Shown: positions 28,311 to 37,918 of the stretch, in pieces
How positions within the stretch are numbered: position 1 is the first letter of the stretch
Layout: each line of letters begins with the position of its first letter
DNA from: Bacteroidota bacterium
Lineage (GTDB): Bacteria; Bacteroidota; Ignavibacteria; Kapaibacteriales; UBA2268
Direction: 5' to 3'
Length of the DNA stretch: 50,848 nt
Assembly (NCBI GenBank): GCA_024278075.1
Contig: JAJRTW010000043.1
Location: forward strand, 1 to 50,848
The notes under the pieces: model-generated
The model's input: only the letters and a program-made list of their open reading frames with translations
Told to the model about the DNA's origin: nothing
Database searches by the model: none
Made by a program: the position numbers and the translations under genes

Positions 28311-28479
28311 TTATATCTAACACAAAACTAATCAATCAAAATCCATTGACAAAGCCTAATGGTGCTCTGTAATCGATGTGTGGTTATATATTCATAGGCA
28401 GAGCATTATCAAATATGTTATTGGAAATATCGTTTCCTTTATGTTAATCTATTATCCACAAATCCCTGCATAAACAGTA

Positions 28480-30330
28480 ATGGCGATCAAAGAAAAATTC
28501 TTAGACAGACTTGGCAAAGGAGCGGTGCTTTTCGACGGCGGCATCGGAACCGAACTATACAAAAAAGGCGTGTTCATCAACAATTGCTTCGAGGAGATGA
28601 ACCTATCCAACCCGGCTTTGATTAAGCAAGTGCATGAAGAATACAGAAAAGCCGGCTCCGAAGTAATTGAAACCAACACATTCGGCGCCAACCGCTTCAA
28701 ATTAAAGCCCTTCCAATTGGCCGGCAAGCTCTACGAGATCAATTTTGAAGGTGCGAAACTTGCCCGGCAGGTGGCAGGCGATGGTATATATGTTGCCGGA
28801 GCCGTTGGCCCCTTAGGCGTGCAGATAGAGCCGCTTGGCCCTGTGTCACGCAACGAGGCAAGGAAGTATTTTAGCGAGCAAATCAGGCCACTTGTCGATG
28901 GCGGCGTTGACCTGATACTGCTCGAGACATTTATCTATCCCGATGAATTATTGCAGGCCGTGAAAGCCGTCCGCGAGGTATGCAGTCTGCCCGTTATTGC
29001 GCAGATGACGATTGACGAAGACGGCTCCTCGCTCACCGGAGCCGAGCCTGAGGTTATGATTAAGGAACTGGAGGAATTCGGCGCCGATGTGATTGGTGCG
29101 AACTGCACGGTTGGCCCGCAGGTGATGCTGCGTTGGCTCGAAAATGTGAGGCAATATACCGATATGCCAATCTCGGTTATGCCGAATGCCGGCAAGCCAA
29201 AAAATATTGACGGGCGGAATATCTACCTTACTTCGCCCGAATATCTCGGCGAATATGCCAAGCATTATATTCAGGCCGGAGCCAATATAATCGGCGGATG
29301 CTGCGGCACCGGCCCTGAGCATATTTCTAAAATGAGGAATATGTTAAATGCAATTAAGCCCGAAGTGAGACGGAGCAGAATTCAAATAGTAAAGGAAAAA
29401 CTGCCGGAAGATGTGGAGGTTATCCCGCGGGCAAAGAAATCGAGATTGGCCCGCAGGCTGGCCGACGGACATTTTGCGAAATTCGTCGAGATATTGGCTC
29501 CCCGCGGAGTGTCGGCCGAAAAGGAACTGGAAAAGGCACGCGAAATGAATTACTGCGGGATTGACGTGATTAATATTCCGGACGGCCCGCGGGCAAGTGC
29601 CAGGATGTCGGCTATCTCGCTGGCGGTTCTTATGCAGCGGGAGATTGGCATTGAGACTGTGCTGCATTATGTATGCCGCGACCGGAACGTAATCGGGATG
29701 CAGTCGGACCTGCTGGGGGCCTATGCCCTGGGATTGAAGAATATCCTTGCCATTACGGGCGACCCGCCCAAGCTGGGCAATTATCCCGACGCTACCGCCG
29801 TGTTTGATGTGGATGCAATCGGCCTGGTCAATGTGCTCGACAGGCTGAACCACGGCAGGGACATAGCTGGCAATCCCATTGGCAATCCGACGGGATTCTA
29901 TGTTGGGGTGGGTGTGAACCCTGGTGCTATTAATTTGGAACACGAGCTTAGCCGGCTGGACTGGAAGGTGGAGGCCGGCGCCGAATATATTATCACTCAG
30001 CCGGTATTCGATCTGGAAGTATTCGAAAGGTTTATCGAAAAGATTCAGCATATTAAAATACCGATCATCGCAGGGCTTTGGCCGCTTACTTCAATCAGGA
30101 ATGCGGAATTTATGAATAATGAGATACCGGGCATCGACGTACCAGATAACATATTGCAACGTATGCGAAAGCATTCCGGTTCGAAGGAAGACAGCATGAA
30201 AGAAGGGATACTGATTGCCAAAGAGACGCTCGAAAGCATGTTGGGACATATCCAAGGCATTCAGATTTCCGCTCCGTTCGGGCGTGTGCAAAGCGTAATA
30301 GATGTGCTCGATGGATTCACATTCGTTTAG
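28480..30330 (+). CDS. Bifunctional homocysteine S-methyltransferase / 5,10-methylene-THF reductase (YitJ-like)
   Basis: DGGIGTEL, ETNTFGAN, GANC and GGCCGT zinc ligands; C-terminal MTHFR (DGPRASARMS, CRDRN, TGDPP, ITQPVFD). Confidence 0.92.
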   Translation: MAIKEKFLDRLGKGAVLFDGGIGTELYKKGVFINNCFEEMNLSNPALIKQVHEEYRKAGSEVIETNTFGANRFKLKPFQLAGKLYEINFEGAKLARQVAGDGIYVAGAVGPLGVQIEPLGPVSRNEARKYFSEQIRPLVDGGVDLILLETFIYPDELLQAVKAVREVCSLPVIAQMTIDEDGSSLTGAEPEVMIKELEEFGADVIGANCTVGPQVMLRWLENVRQYTDMPISVMPNAGKPKNIDGRNIYLTSPEYLGEYAKHYIQAGANIIGGCCGTGPEHISKMRNMLNAIKPEVRRSRIQIVKEKLPEDVEVIPRAKKSRLARRLADGHFAKFVEILAPRGVSAEKELEKAREMNYCGIDVINIPDGPRASARMSAISLAVLMQREIGIETVLHYVCRDRNVIGMQSDLLGAYALGLKNILAITGDPPKLGNYPDATAVFDVDAIGLVNVLDRLNHGRDIAGNPIGNPTGFYVGVGVNPGAINLEHELSRLDWKVEAGAEYIITQPVFDLEVFERFIEKIQHIKIPIIAGLWPLTSIRNAEFMNNEIPGIDVPDNILQRMRKHSGSKEDSMKEGILIAKETLESMLGHIQGIQISAPFGRVQSVIDVLDGFTFV

Positions 30331-30387
30331 AGTGTAGATTCGGAGAATCCGGTATAAATATAGTAATCAGTCAGAGTGACAATTTGC

Positions 30388-30490
30388 GTGTCATGGTGAA
30401 AATACGTGTCATGGTGAGCGGAGTCGAACCATAGACACATTCTACACTCTTCGACTCCGCTCGTGGTGACAAGCACTCCGCTCGTGGCGG
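30388..30490. repeat. REP-like element (gtgtcatggtgagcggagtcgaa / ttcgactccgctc) with internal duplications
   Basis: Shares the gtgtcat.gtgagcggagtc.aac.atagacac module with the elements at 7781-8018 and 20933-21113; gtgtcatggtga and actccgctcgtgg each occur twice. Confidence 0.75.
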
Positions 30491-30675
30491 TTCGTTTCGA
30501 AAAAATCTCCCAAAGAGATACAAGGGTTGAAAGAAAACAAGCCAGAACTTTTCGTGTAAATTTCCAAATGTGGAAAAGTTGTTTGTGAAATATTCACCGA
30601 TATTTAGTAATTTTGCTAAATTTATTTATTGAAATAATATAAATATCAAAGTACTACGAATATCGAATCAATCAG

Positions 30676-30759
30676 ATGAAAAAAGACTCAACCTTAGAAA
30701 TAAAAAGAGAAGTAAAAAGAGATATAAAAAAAATTGCCGGACATTTTATTTTTATTTAA
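30676..30759 (+). CDS. Putative 27-aa leader peptide MKKDSTLEIKREVKRDIKKIAGHFIFI
   Basis: ATG at 30676, TAA at 30757-30759 overlapping a terminator stem; A-rich body followed by a U-rich tail; upstream of carAB. Confidence 0.5.
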   Translation: MKKDSTLEIKREVKRDIKKIAGHFIFI

Positions 30760-30785
30760 TCCCGATTTATTCGGGATTTTTTTTG
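30758..30785 (+). terminator. Intrinsic terminator / putative attenuator upstream of carA
   Basis: aatcccga-ttta-ttcgggat-tttttttt. Confidence 0.7.
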
Positions 30786-30837
30786 GCTGAAACTCAATTA
30801 TCAGGATGTGTGAATTTTTCTATGACATTCCGGAGTG

Positions 30838-31006
30838 GTACAGTATCTCATAATAAGTTAATCTTTAACGTTCCGTCAGTTGTTACAACTGACGAATGAC
30901 GACATTTTCTACGATGCCAGTTGTAACAACTGGCAGAACAAAAGCGTAACAAAGTTGTGGATTAGTTACAAGGTTTAACATTGCATTTATTTACGAGATG
31001 TTGTAC
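30838..31006. mobile_element. MITE-like element enclosing an inverted REP doublet
   Basis: Imperfect TIR gtacagtatctcataataa / ttatttacgagatgttgtac; palindromes gttccgtcagttgttacaactgacgaa (30870-30896) and an inverted copy (30916-30939). Confidence 0.65.
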
Positions 31007-31045
31007 TAATGATGTTTCAAACTTACTTTGACGGTTCATTTAGGC

Positions 31046-31161
31046 TGTCATTCCTGTCCTTCGGCTTCGCTCAGGATAAATTCCAGCGGGAATCCATGTA
31101 TGATGGTGCTAAATAGTGCATGAAACAGGCTAATGGATTCTGAAACAAGTTCAGAATGACA
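31046..31161. repeat. REP-like element (TGTCATTC...GAATGACA family)
   Basis: Terminal inverted repeat; ccttcggcttcgctcaggataa module; gaatcca/tggattc inner stem. Confidence 0.75.
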
Positions 31162-31272
31162 AGCCCTGATCCTTTGCAACCGGTCTTATTAGCAGAAACG
31201 ATAATTCATGCACAAGTAATTATTAAGGTTGACATAACTCTAATCAAAATAAATAATATTCAGGATAAATAA

Positions 31273-32376
31273 ATGATTAATAAATCCCTTATAATGTTAG
31301 AGAACGGATACTATGAATTTGGCAGGGCATTTTCGGGCCGCGGAACTGTTTTCGGCGAGTTCGTATTCAATACTTCTATGTCGGGGTATGAAGAAATCAT
31401 AACCGACCCTTCGTACAAAGGCCAGGTAGTAGTGTTCACCTATCCGCTGATCGGCAACTACGGCATCACGCTGCGGGACGGGCAATCCCCGAATATAAAT
31501 GCCGAGGCAATCGTAGTAAGGGAATACTCGAATATCAGCAGTAACTTCAGGTCGCAGTCAAGTTTGGCGGATTACCTTGCCGGCAGTAATGTAATTGGCA
31601 TTCAGGGAATCGACACCAGGGAATTGACTAAGCAAATCAGGGCAGCCGGCGCAATGAAAGGCGGTATATCAACCGTGAATCTTGACCCGGAATCATTCAT
31701 CGGCCAGATTAAACAGTCGGAATCAATCAGCGATACCAATCAATACGAGCAGGTAATCAATGACAAAGTGGTTGCTTTCGATGGCAATCCGAATAGCGAT
31801 AAGAATATAGTTGCTATGGATTTCGGAATTAAAAGCAATATAATTGAAATGCTCAGGCAGAGATTCGGGAAAGTATACTTAGTTCCGTTCGATAATAACT
31901 TCGATGAGAATATTCGGAAGCTACAGTTTGATGGCTTATTTTTATCCAACGGCCCGGGAGATCCGCGTGTGGTCAAGAACACGGAGAAGTACATACTCGA
32001 TTTGCCGAAGAACAATAAAGCTGTAATCGGCATTTGCTTTGGGCACCAGCTGATTGGCAAATCCTATGGGCTGGAGATTGTGAAGCTGCCTTTCGGCCAT
32101 CACGGCGGCAACCATCCGGCGAAAGACATGGATTCCGGCAAGATATACATTACGGCTCAAAACCATAACTACGCAGTTGCAAAGGACAGCGTGGACAGCA
32201 GCAGCGACTGGGATATGAGCTGGCTGAATTTATATGATAATACAGTCGAGGGCATAAGGCACAGGCACCTGCCGGTGCAGTCCGTGCAGTTCCATCCCGA
32301 GGCCTCGCCCGGGCCGAATGAAGCCAATGAGAAAATATTTAACGAATTTTATAATACAGTAGCAAATATAGGATAA
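31273..32376 (+). CDS. carA: Carbamoyl-phosphate synthase small subunit
   Basis: GEFVFNT.MSGY.E..TDPSY.GQ, SNGPGDP, GICFGHQ, FGHHGGNHP, QNHNY, VQFHPEASPGP. Confidence 0.97.
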   Translation: MINKSLIMLENGYYEFGRAFSGRGTVFGEFVFNTSMSGYEEIITDPSYKGQVVVFTYPLIGNYGITLRDGQSPNINAEAIVVREYSNISSNFRSQSSLADYLAGSNVIGIQGIDTRELTKQIRAAGAMKGGISTVNLDPESFIGQIKQSESISDTNQYEQVINDKVVAFDGNPNSDKNIVAMDFGIKSNIIEMLRQRFGKVYLVPFDNNFDENIRKLQFDGLFLSNGPGDPRVVKNTEKYILDLPKNNKAVIGICFGHQLIGKSYGLEIVKLPFGHHGGNHPAKDMDSGKIYITAQNHNYAVAKDSVDSSSDWDMSWLNLYDNTVEGIRHRHLPVQSVQFHPEASPGPNEANEKIFNEFYNTVANIG

Positions 32377-32385
32377 TAGTATAAT

Positions 32386-35300
32386 ATGCCGCTTAGAAAA
32401 GACATAAACAGAATATTAGTGATAGGGTCGGGGCCGATAATCATAGGCCAGGCCGGCGAATTCGATTACTCCGGCAGCCAGGCCGTTAAATCCTTGAAAG
32501 CCCTGGGCTACTACGTGGTGGTTATCAACAGCAACCCAGCTACGGTTATGACCGACCCGGAGCTTTCCAACAAAGTGTATATAGAACCCATCACACCGCA
32601 GATAATCGAGCAGATAATCGTGCGGAATAAAATCGAAGCCATACTCCCGACCGTCGGCGGGCAGACTGCGCTGAATGTTACATTGGAATTAATTGACCTC
32701 GGAATCATTGAGAAATACAATATCGAATTGCTGGGCGTGAGCGGAGATGCTATAAATATAGCCGAAAGCAGAGAATTATTCAAAGCGGCAATGGATGAAA
32801 TCGGGCTGGATTCTCCTTTTGGCATGATCGTAAAAACCTTTGAAGATGCGATGGCAGTAACCAAAAAGATAGATTATCCCCTGATTATCAGGCCTTCGTT
32901 CACTCTTGGCGGCACCGGCGGCGGGGTTGCCGAAAACCGCACAGAATACGAGGAAATCGTTAAGCGGGGCTTGAGCCTGTCGCCCATCAGCGAGTTATTG
33001 GTCGAGGAATACCTGCTTGGCTGGAAGGAATTTGAATTCGAGGTGATGCGCGATTTGAACGACAACGTTGTGATAGTTGCGTCGGTGGAGAACTTCGACC
33101 CGATGGGCGTTCACACCGGCGACAGCATAACAGTTGCCCCGGCCCAGACTCTGACCGATAAGGAATACCAACGATTGCGTGATTACTCCATTGCAGTTAT
33201 CCGCAAAGTGGGGGTTGCAACGGGCGGTTCCAATATCCAGTTTGCAGTGAATCCGAAGAACGGTGATATTCGAATAATCGAAATGAACCCGAGGGTGTCG
33301 CGGAGTTCTGCTTTGGTGTCGAAGGCAACGGGATTTCCAATCGCGAAGATTGCCGCCCAGCTTGCCGTGGGCCTCACTCTCGATGAAATAAGAAATGAAA
33401 TAACCGAATCCACACCGGCTTCATTCGAACCGGCTTTAGATTACATCGTTGTAAAGATACCGCGCTGGGATTTCGAGAAATTCAAGGTCTCATCGAAGCT
33501 GACAACTCAGATGAAATCCGTGGGCGAGGTGATGAGTATCGGCTCGAATTTTCGCGAAGCATTGCAAAAGGCCTACCGCTCACTTGAAATTGGAGTCGAC
33601 GGGCTGGAGTTTTCGGGGCTGGAAAAAGCGTCCGAAGAAAAATTGGCCGACAAGTTGGCCTATGCCACTCCCATGAGGCCGTTCTATGTAAAGGAGGCAT
33701 TCCGGCGCGGCTGGACGCTGGAACAGATATTCGATAAGTCCAAAATCGATCCCTGGTTTTTGGACAATATCCGGCAGATAGTTACGCACGAAGACGAACT
33801 CAGAAATTTGACAATAGAAACAATTGACAGCTATACATTGAAGCATGCGAAATTATCCGGCTTTTCCGATGAACAGTTAGCATCGCTGATAGGGGCGGAC
33901 GGGCCATCGGTTAGATTGAAACGCAAGGAATTTGGAGTGCTGCCAACATATAAAAAAGTTGACACCTGCGCCGCCGAATTCGATGCTCAAACACCTTATT
34001 ATTATTCGACATATTTAAAAGTAAACGAGAGCAAGCCGTCCGGTGGGAAGAAGATAATTGTGCTGGGCGGCGGCCCGTTCAGGATAGGCCAGGGGATAGA
34101 GTTTGATTACTGTGCCTCGCAGGCTTCGCTTATGCTTAAGGAAATCGGCGTCGAGACGATAATGATTAATTGCAATCCCGAAACTGTGAGCACCGACTAC
34201 GACACTTCAGATAAATTATATTTCGAGCCGGTCTATTTCGAAGATGTAATGAATATTATCGAACTCGAAAAGCCCGACGGAATACTGCTTCAGCTTGGCG
34301 GGCAGACTCCGCTGAAATTGTCAAAAAGGCTGAACGATGAAGGAATAAATATTCTCGGCACATCGCAAGAGAATATGGACAGGGCGGAGGATAGGGGAAG
34401 GTTTATCGAAATGCTCGAAAAGCTGAAAATTAAATATCCTCCCGGCGACATGGCTTTCAAAGAAGAGGAGGCTATTAAAATTGCCAATAAGATCACATAT
34501 CCGGTTATCGTACGCCCCAGCTATGTGCTTGGCGGACGCGGCATGGCGATAGTATACAATGAAACAGACCTGAAACAATTTATAGCGGAGGCCGCGAAGG
34601 TCAATAAGAACCATCCGGTGCTAATCGATAAATTCTTAGAGAATGCCTTCGAGGTCGACGTGGATGCTATTTCCGATGGCAAAGATGCAATCATTGCGGG
34701 AATCATGCAGCATATCGAAGAGGCCGGCGTGCATTCGGGCGATAGCTCGTGCGTGCTGCCCACCTATCGCGTAGAGCCGCATATCGTTGATAAAATCAGG
34801 GAATATACTTATAAATTAATCGACGAATTGAATATCATTGGGTTTATTAACATTCAATTCGGAGTCAAGGGCAACGATGTTTATGTTATCGAGGTCAATC
34901 CGCTAGCCTCGCGAACTGTTCCTTATGTATCGAAATCTGTGGGTATAGCATTGACCAAAGTTGCCGTAAAGCTGATGCTCGGCGAAAAGATAGCCGATCT
35001 CGACATTCCCGATCTTGGCTGGATTAGCCATTATGCCGTAAAGGCGCCTGTGTTTTCATTCAGCAAATTCCCCGGGGTCGATACGGTATTGGGGCCGGAA
35101 ATGAGAAGCACCGGCGAAGTGCTGGGCTTAAGCGAATTCTTCGGCGAGGCCTATGTTAAATCCCAAATTGCCGCCGGCAACAACCTTCCGGTGGAGGGGA
35201 ACGTCTTCATAAGCGTTAATGATTACGATAAAAAGGAAGTTATTCCGATTGCAAAAAGGCTGAGCAGCCTGGGCTATAAGATTTATGCTACGCTCGGAAC

Positions 35301-35592
35301 CTATAGCTCGCTTCATGTGGCGGGAGTGAAGGTCAACCTGATTCACAAAATTGGCGACGGCCACCCTAACGTTATCGAGAAAATTCGCGGTGGCGATATT
35401 CACATCATCATCAACACCCCCCTTGGGCGAAAGGCCTATCAGGACGACCTGCTCATTCGCGAAGCCGCACTCGAGAAGAAGATACTCTGCATAACCACTC
35501 TGCCAGCGGCCAAAGCCGCCGCCGATGGTATGGAATGGCTGCAAAAGCACCAGATAACTATTTTCAGGCCAATTAAAAACCGGAAATGGTAG
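32386..35592 (+). CDS. carB: Carbamoyl-phosphate synthase large subunit
   Basis: [17 protein letters not shown], two ATP-grasp domains ([18 protein letters not shown]), HTGDS/HSGDS, C-terminal MGS-like domain. Confidence 0.98.
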   Translation: MPLRKDINRILVIGSGPIIIGQAGEFDYSGSQAVKSLKALGYYVVVINSNPATVMTDPELSNKVYIEPITPQIIEQIIVRNKIEAILPTVGGQTALNVTLELIDLGIIEKYNIELLGVSGDAINIAESRELFKAAMDEIGLDSPFGMIVKTFEDAMAVTKKIDYPLIIRPSFTLGGTGGGVAENRTEYEEIVKRGLSLSPISELLVEEYLLGWKEFEFEVMRDLNDNVVIVASVENFDPMGVHTGDSITVAPAQTLTDKEYQRLRDYSIAVIRKVGVATGGSNIQFAVNPKNGDIRIIEMNPRVSRSSALVSKATGFPIAKIAAQLAVGLTLDEIRNEITESTPASFEPALDYIVVKIPRWDFEKFKVSSKLTTQMKSVGEVMSIGSNFREALQKAYRSLEIGVDGLEFSGLEKASEEKLADKLAYATPMRPFYVKEAFRRGWTLEQIFDKSKIDPWFLDNIRQIVTHEDELRNLTIETIDSYTLKHAKLSGFSDEQLASLIGADGPSVRLKRKEFGVLPTYKKVDTCAAEFDAQTPYYYSTYLKVNESKPSGGKKIIVLGGGPFRIGQGIEFDYCASQASLMLKEIGVETIMINCNPETVSTDYDTSDKLYFEPVYFEDVMNIIELEKPDGILLQLGGQTPLKLSKRLNDEGINILGTSQENMDRAEDRGRFIEMLEKLKIKYPPGDMAFKEEEAIKIANKITYPVIVRPSYVLGGRGMAIVYNETDLKQFIAEAAKVNKNHPVLIDKFLENAFEVDVDAISDGKDAIIAGIMQHIEEAGVHSGDSSCVLPTYRVEPHIVDKIREYTYKLIDELNIIGFINIQFGVKGNDVYVIEVNPLASRTVPYVSKSVGIALTKVAVKLMLGEKIADLDIPDLGWISHYAVKAPVFSFSKFPGVDTVLGPEMRSTGEVLGLSEFFGEAYVKSQIAAGNNLPVEGNVFISVNDYDKKEVIPIAKRLSSLGYKIYATLGTYSSLHVAGVKVNLIHKIGDGHPNVIEKIRGGDIHIIINTPLGRKAYQDDLLIREAALEKKILCITTLPAAKAAADGMEWLQKHQITIFRPIKNRKW

Positions 35593-35682
35593 TTTTTAAT
35601 TAATAATTAACAATTAAGAATTCTCCCTTTGAAGGGAGATTAAGGGGAATGATTGACAATTACGAATCGAAAATTGTTTCCC

Positions 35683-37566
35683 CTACCTCACCAATATCAT
35701 AGTCCCGCTCTCAATCCGCTCACCTGTTTGAATAGTGTAATAATACATTCCGGGCGGGAGGTTTTCCGCATCGAAAACAGCACGGTTGATGCCGGCAAAA
35801 CGGAATTCATCTACTGGCGAGGCAACTTCAGTTCCAATGGAATTATATATATTTATCCGAACAAAAGCTGGTTCTGTAAGGTTGTACTCAATCGTTGCGG
35901 ATTCGGAAAATGGGTTGGGGAAGGAGTTAATATTAGAAACGGGTTTTTCATGTTCAACACCGCTAATAATTACTTCAACCGTGTCGGAATAAAGGGTCAG
36001 TTCGGTTAATATTCCATTATTGACCAGGCAATTGTATCTGCCGTTTTCGCCGGCTACTATTGTGAGGCCCGTTGCGTCCGGAATATCAACTCCGTTTCTT
36101 TGCCATTGGAACGTGTTTGCCGGTTCATCGGCAATAACTGTTAAATTATAAAGATAGCCATCTTCTTTTATCGCAATAGGCAATATCGTATCCTGTGGTG
36201 CATAAGTAAAATCAAAAAAAGTGTGATTTAGCCATAAATGTATAAAAGTTAATTTATTCGACGAAACAATCAATTTCGTTTGACGGCCAAGATTACTTAA
36301 TGCCTGTAATTCAGTCAAACGGTTATTCGATAAATCTAGTTCTGCAAACAATATATTTGTAAAGTTAGGTACTTTGCCATCCAATTGGTTGTAGGATAAA
36401 TTAATACGAGCCCTCATATTAAATATAAAATCCGGTATATCTCCTGACAAAAGATTGTGGGATAAGTCAATCACCAAGGTCCCCGGCAAATTGAATATAG
36501 GAATTCCGGTGAATTGATTATTGTTCAATCTTATTTCAATGATTTTCGGCATTTCAAAAGCCGGGATTTGTCCGGTCAGATTATTATGTGTTATTGTAAG
36601 AATTTTGAGGCTTGACATATCGAAATTAGGGATATTACCTTCGAGATTATTATAAGAAAAATCTATTTCTTCAATTTTAGGAAGGCCTAAATTCGGTATT
36701 GACCCGCTTAGCTCATTGTTCTGAAAATTTAGTTTTGTCAGATTTGGCAGATCAAGTTGTGGTATTTCGCCTGATATATTATTAACGGATAAATCAAGCT
36801 CTGTCAGGCTATCTAATTTGAAATTTGGGATGCCGCCTGTTAACTTATTATTCATTAAATACACAACCTTAAGTTTTGGGTAGTTATAATCGGGGATGTT
36901 CCCTGTCAATTCATTATTCGACATATCTAAAATTTCAAGATTGGGCAAGTCAAGAGCAGGAATATCACCAGTCAGTTTATTTCCCTGAATATATAATTCT
37001 ACTAATTGTGGCGATCTGATTTCCGGGATATTCCCCGTCAGCAAATTGGAACTTAGGTTCAGCGAAGTTAATTTGGGGGCAATTATATTCTCCGGGACAG
37101 TATCAAATAAATTTTTTGACAGGTTGAGAACTTCCAGTTCGGAAAGTGTTAATTCCGGGAACGGGCCTGAAAATTTGTTATCGGATAAATCAAGATGCTT
37201 CAATTTTGGGAACTCAATCTTATCAATGATGGAATCTAATCCATTACTACCGAGATTTAATTGAACCAAATCGGGAAGATTGAGCTTTATCAATTCTCCT
37301 CTTAAATAGTTCCAATTCAATATAATTGATGTTACAACCAAAATGGAATCTTCGTTTTCAATAACGTATTCCGTATTAATGCCATACCATTGACTAATAA
37401 GCGAGTCAGATAGCCAACCGGCTTGGTTGCGCCAATTCGGGCCATCAAACGCATAATAAAACTTAATCAGTTCCAAAGAATCAGATTCGCGAGTGTAAGT
37501 TTCCGACAAGCATGTGGCATGAGAAGAGATGATAAGGATAATCAATATGAGTATTTTGTAAATCAT
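35683..37566 (-). CDS. Secreted leucine-rich-repeat protein with Ig-like domain and T9SS sorting domain
   Basis: Signal peptide, N-cap (DSLEL..FY....GPNW....GW...WYGI), ~16 LRRs of 22 aa (LxxLxLxxNxLxGxIP), FQWQRNG..Y.C Ig, FPNPFS...IYNSIG...GMYYY. Confidence 0.9.
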   Translation of the reverse strand: MIYKILILIILIISSHATCLSETYTRESDSLELIKFYYAFDGPNWRNQAGWLSDSLISQWYGINTEYVIENEDSILVVTSIILNWNYLRGELIKLNLPDLVQLNLGSNGLDSIIDKIEFPKLKHLDLSDNKFSGPFPELTLSELEVLNLSKNLFDTVPENIIAPKLTSLNLSSNLLTGNIPEIRSPQLVELYIQGNKLTGDIPALDLPNLEILDMSNNELTGNIPDYNYPKLKVVYLMNNKLTGGIPNFKLDSLTELDLSVNNISGEIPQLDLPNLTKLNFQNNELSGSIPNLGLPKIEEIDFSYNNLEGNIPNFDMSSLKILTITHNNLTGQIPAFEMPKIIEIRLNNNQFTGIPIFNLPGTLVIDLSHNLLSGDIPDFIFNMRARINLSYNQLDGKVPNFTNILFAELDLSNNRLTELQALSNLGRQTKLIVSSNKLTFIHLWLNHTFFDFTYAPQDTILPIAIKEDGYLYNLTVIADEPANTFQWQRNGVDIPDATGLTIVAGENGRYNCLVNNGILTELTLYSDTVEVIISGVEHEKPVSNINSFPNPFSESATIEYNLTEPAFVRINIYNSIGTEVASPVDEFRFAGINRAVFDAENLPPGMYYYTIQTGERIESGTMILVR

Positions 37567-37597
37567 GTGGCCTCCGTGGATTAATTATTAGAATAAA

Positions 37598-37612
37598 CCA
37601 ATATTTGTGCCA
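37598..37612 (-). promoter_or_regulatory. Possible sigma54 (-24/-12) promoter of the LRR gene
   Basis: Minus strand TGGCAC-AAATA-TTGG: one mismatch to TGGCAC-N5-TTGC, ~30 nt upstream of the ATG. Confidence 0.3.
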
Positions 37613-37918
37613 AATGTTACATTACAATACCAATTACCTCGAATATAGTATCAACACTACAATCGTGATATGAGGAAAAATATTTCTTCAAAATCAATAC
37701 AAAGCTAATTGTAAGGAATAGTCCACACAATATACAAATAGTGTTGAAATCATTGCACAGAGTGAAGCCAATAGCCTTTAATTAAATGATATAGGTGATA
37801 GCGCAGCGGTGACCCCAATTCGTACTGTTCAAATGAACCTTAACCTTTACCCAATAAAATACTTTCCTGAAAAATACTTCTCTATTTCTTTTATCCATAC
37901 ACTTATTCCAATGCTTTT

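Noticed and set aside
28174-28479. Cobalamin, TPP or SAM riboswitch for the TonB receptor or the yitJ-like gene
   Set aside because: Very AT-rich spacer with none of the conserved aptamer motifs.
35620-35650. ctccctttgaagggag palindrome (and cccttaacaagg near 4998) as a further repeat family
   Set aside because: Only two short, divergent instances; the first may simply be the hairpin between convergent carB and the LRR gene.
37567-37918. SAM or cobalamin riboswitch upstream of metH
   Set aside because: No SAM-I core (ATC..GAG...GCAACC...GTGC) and no B12-box pattern recognisable by eye.
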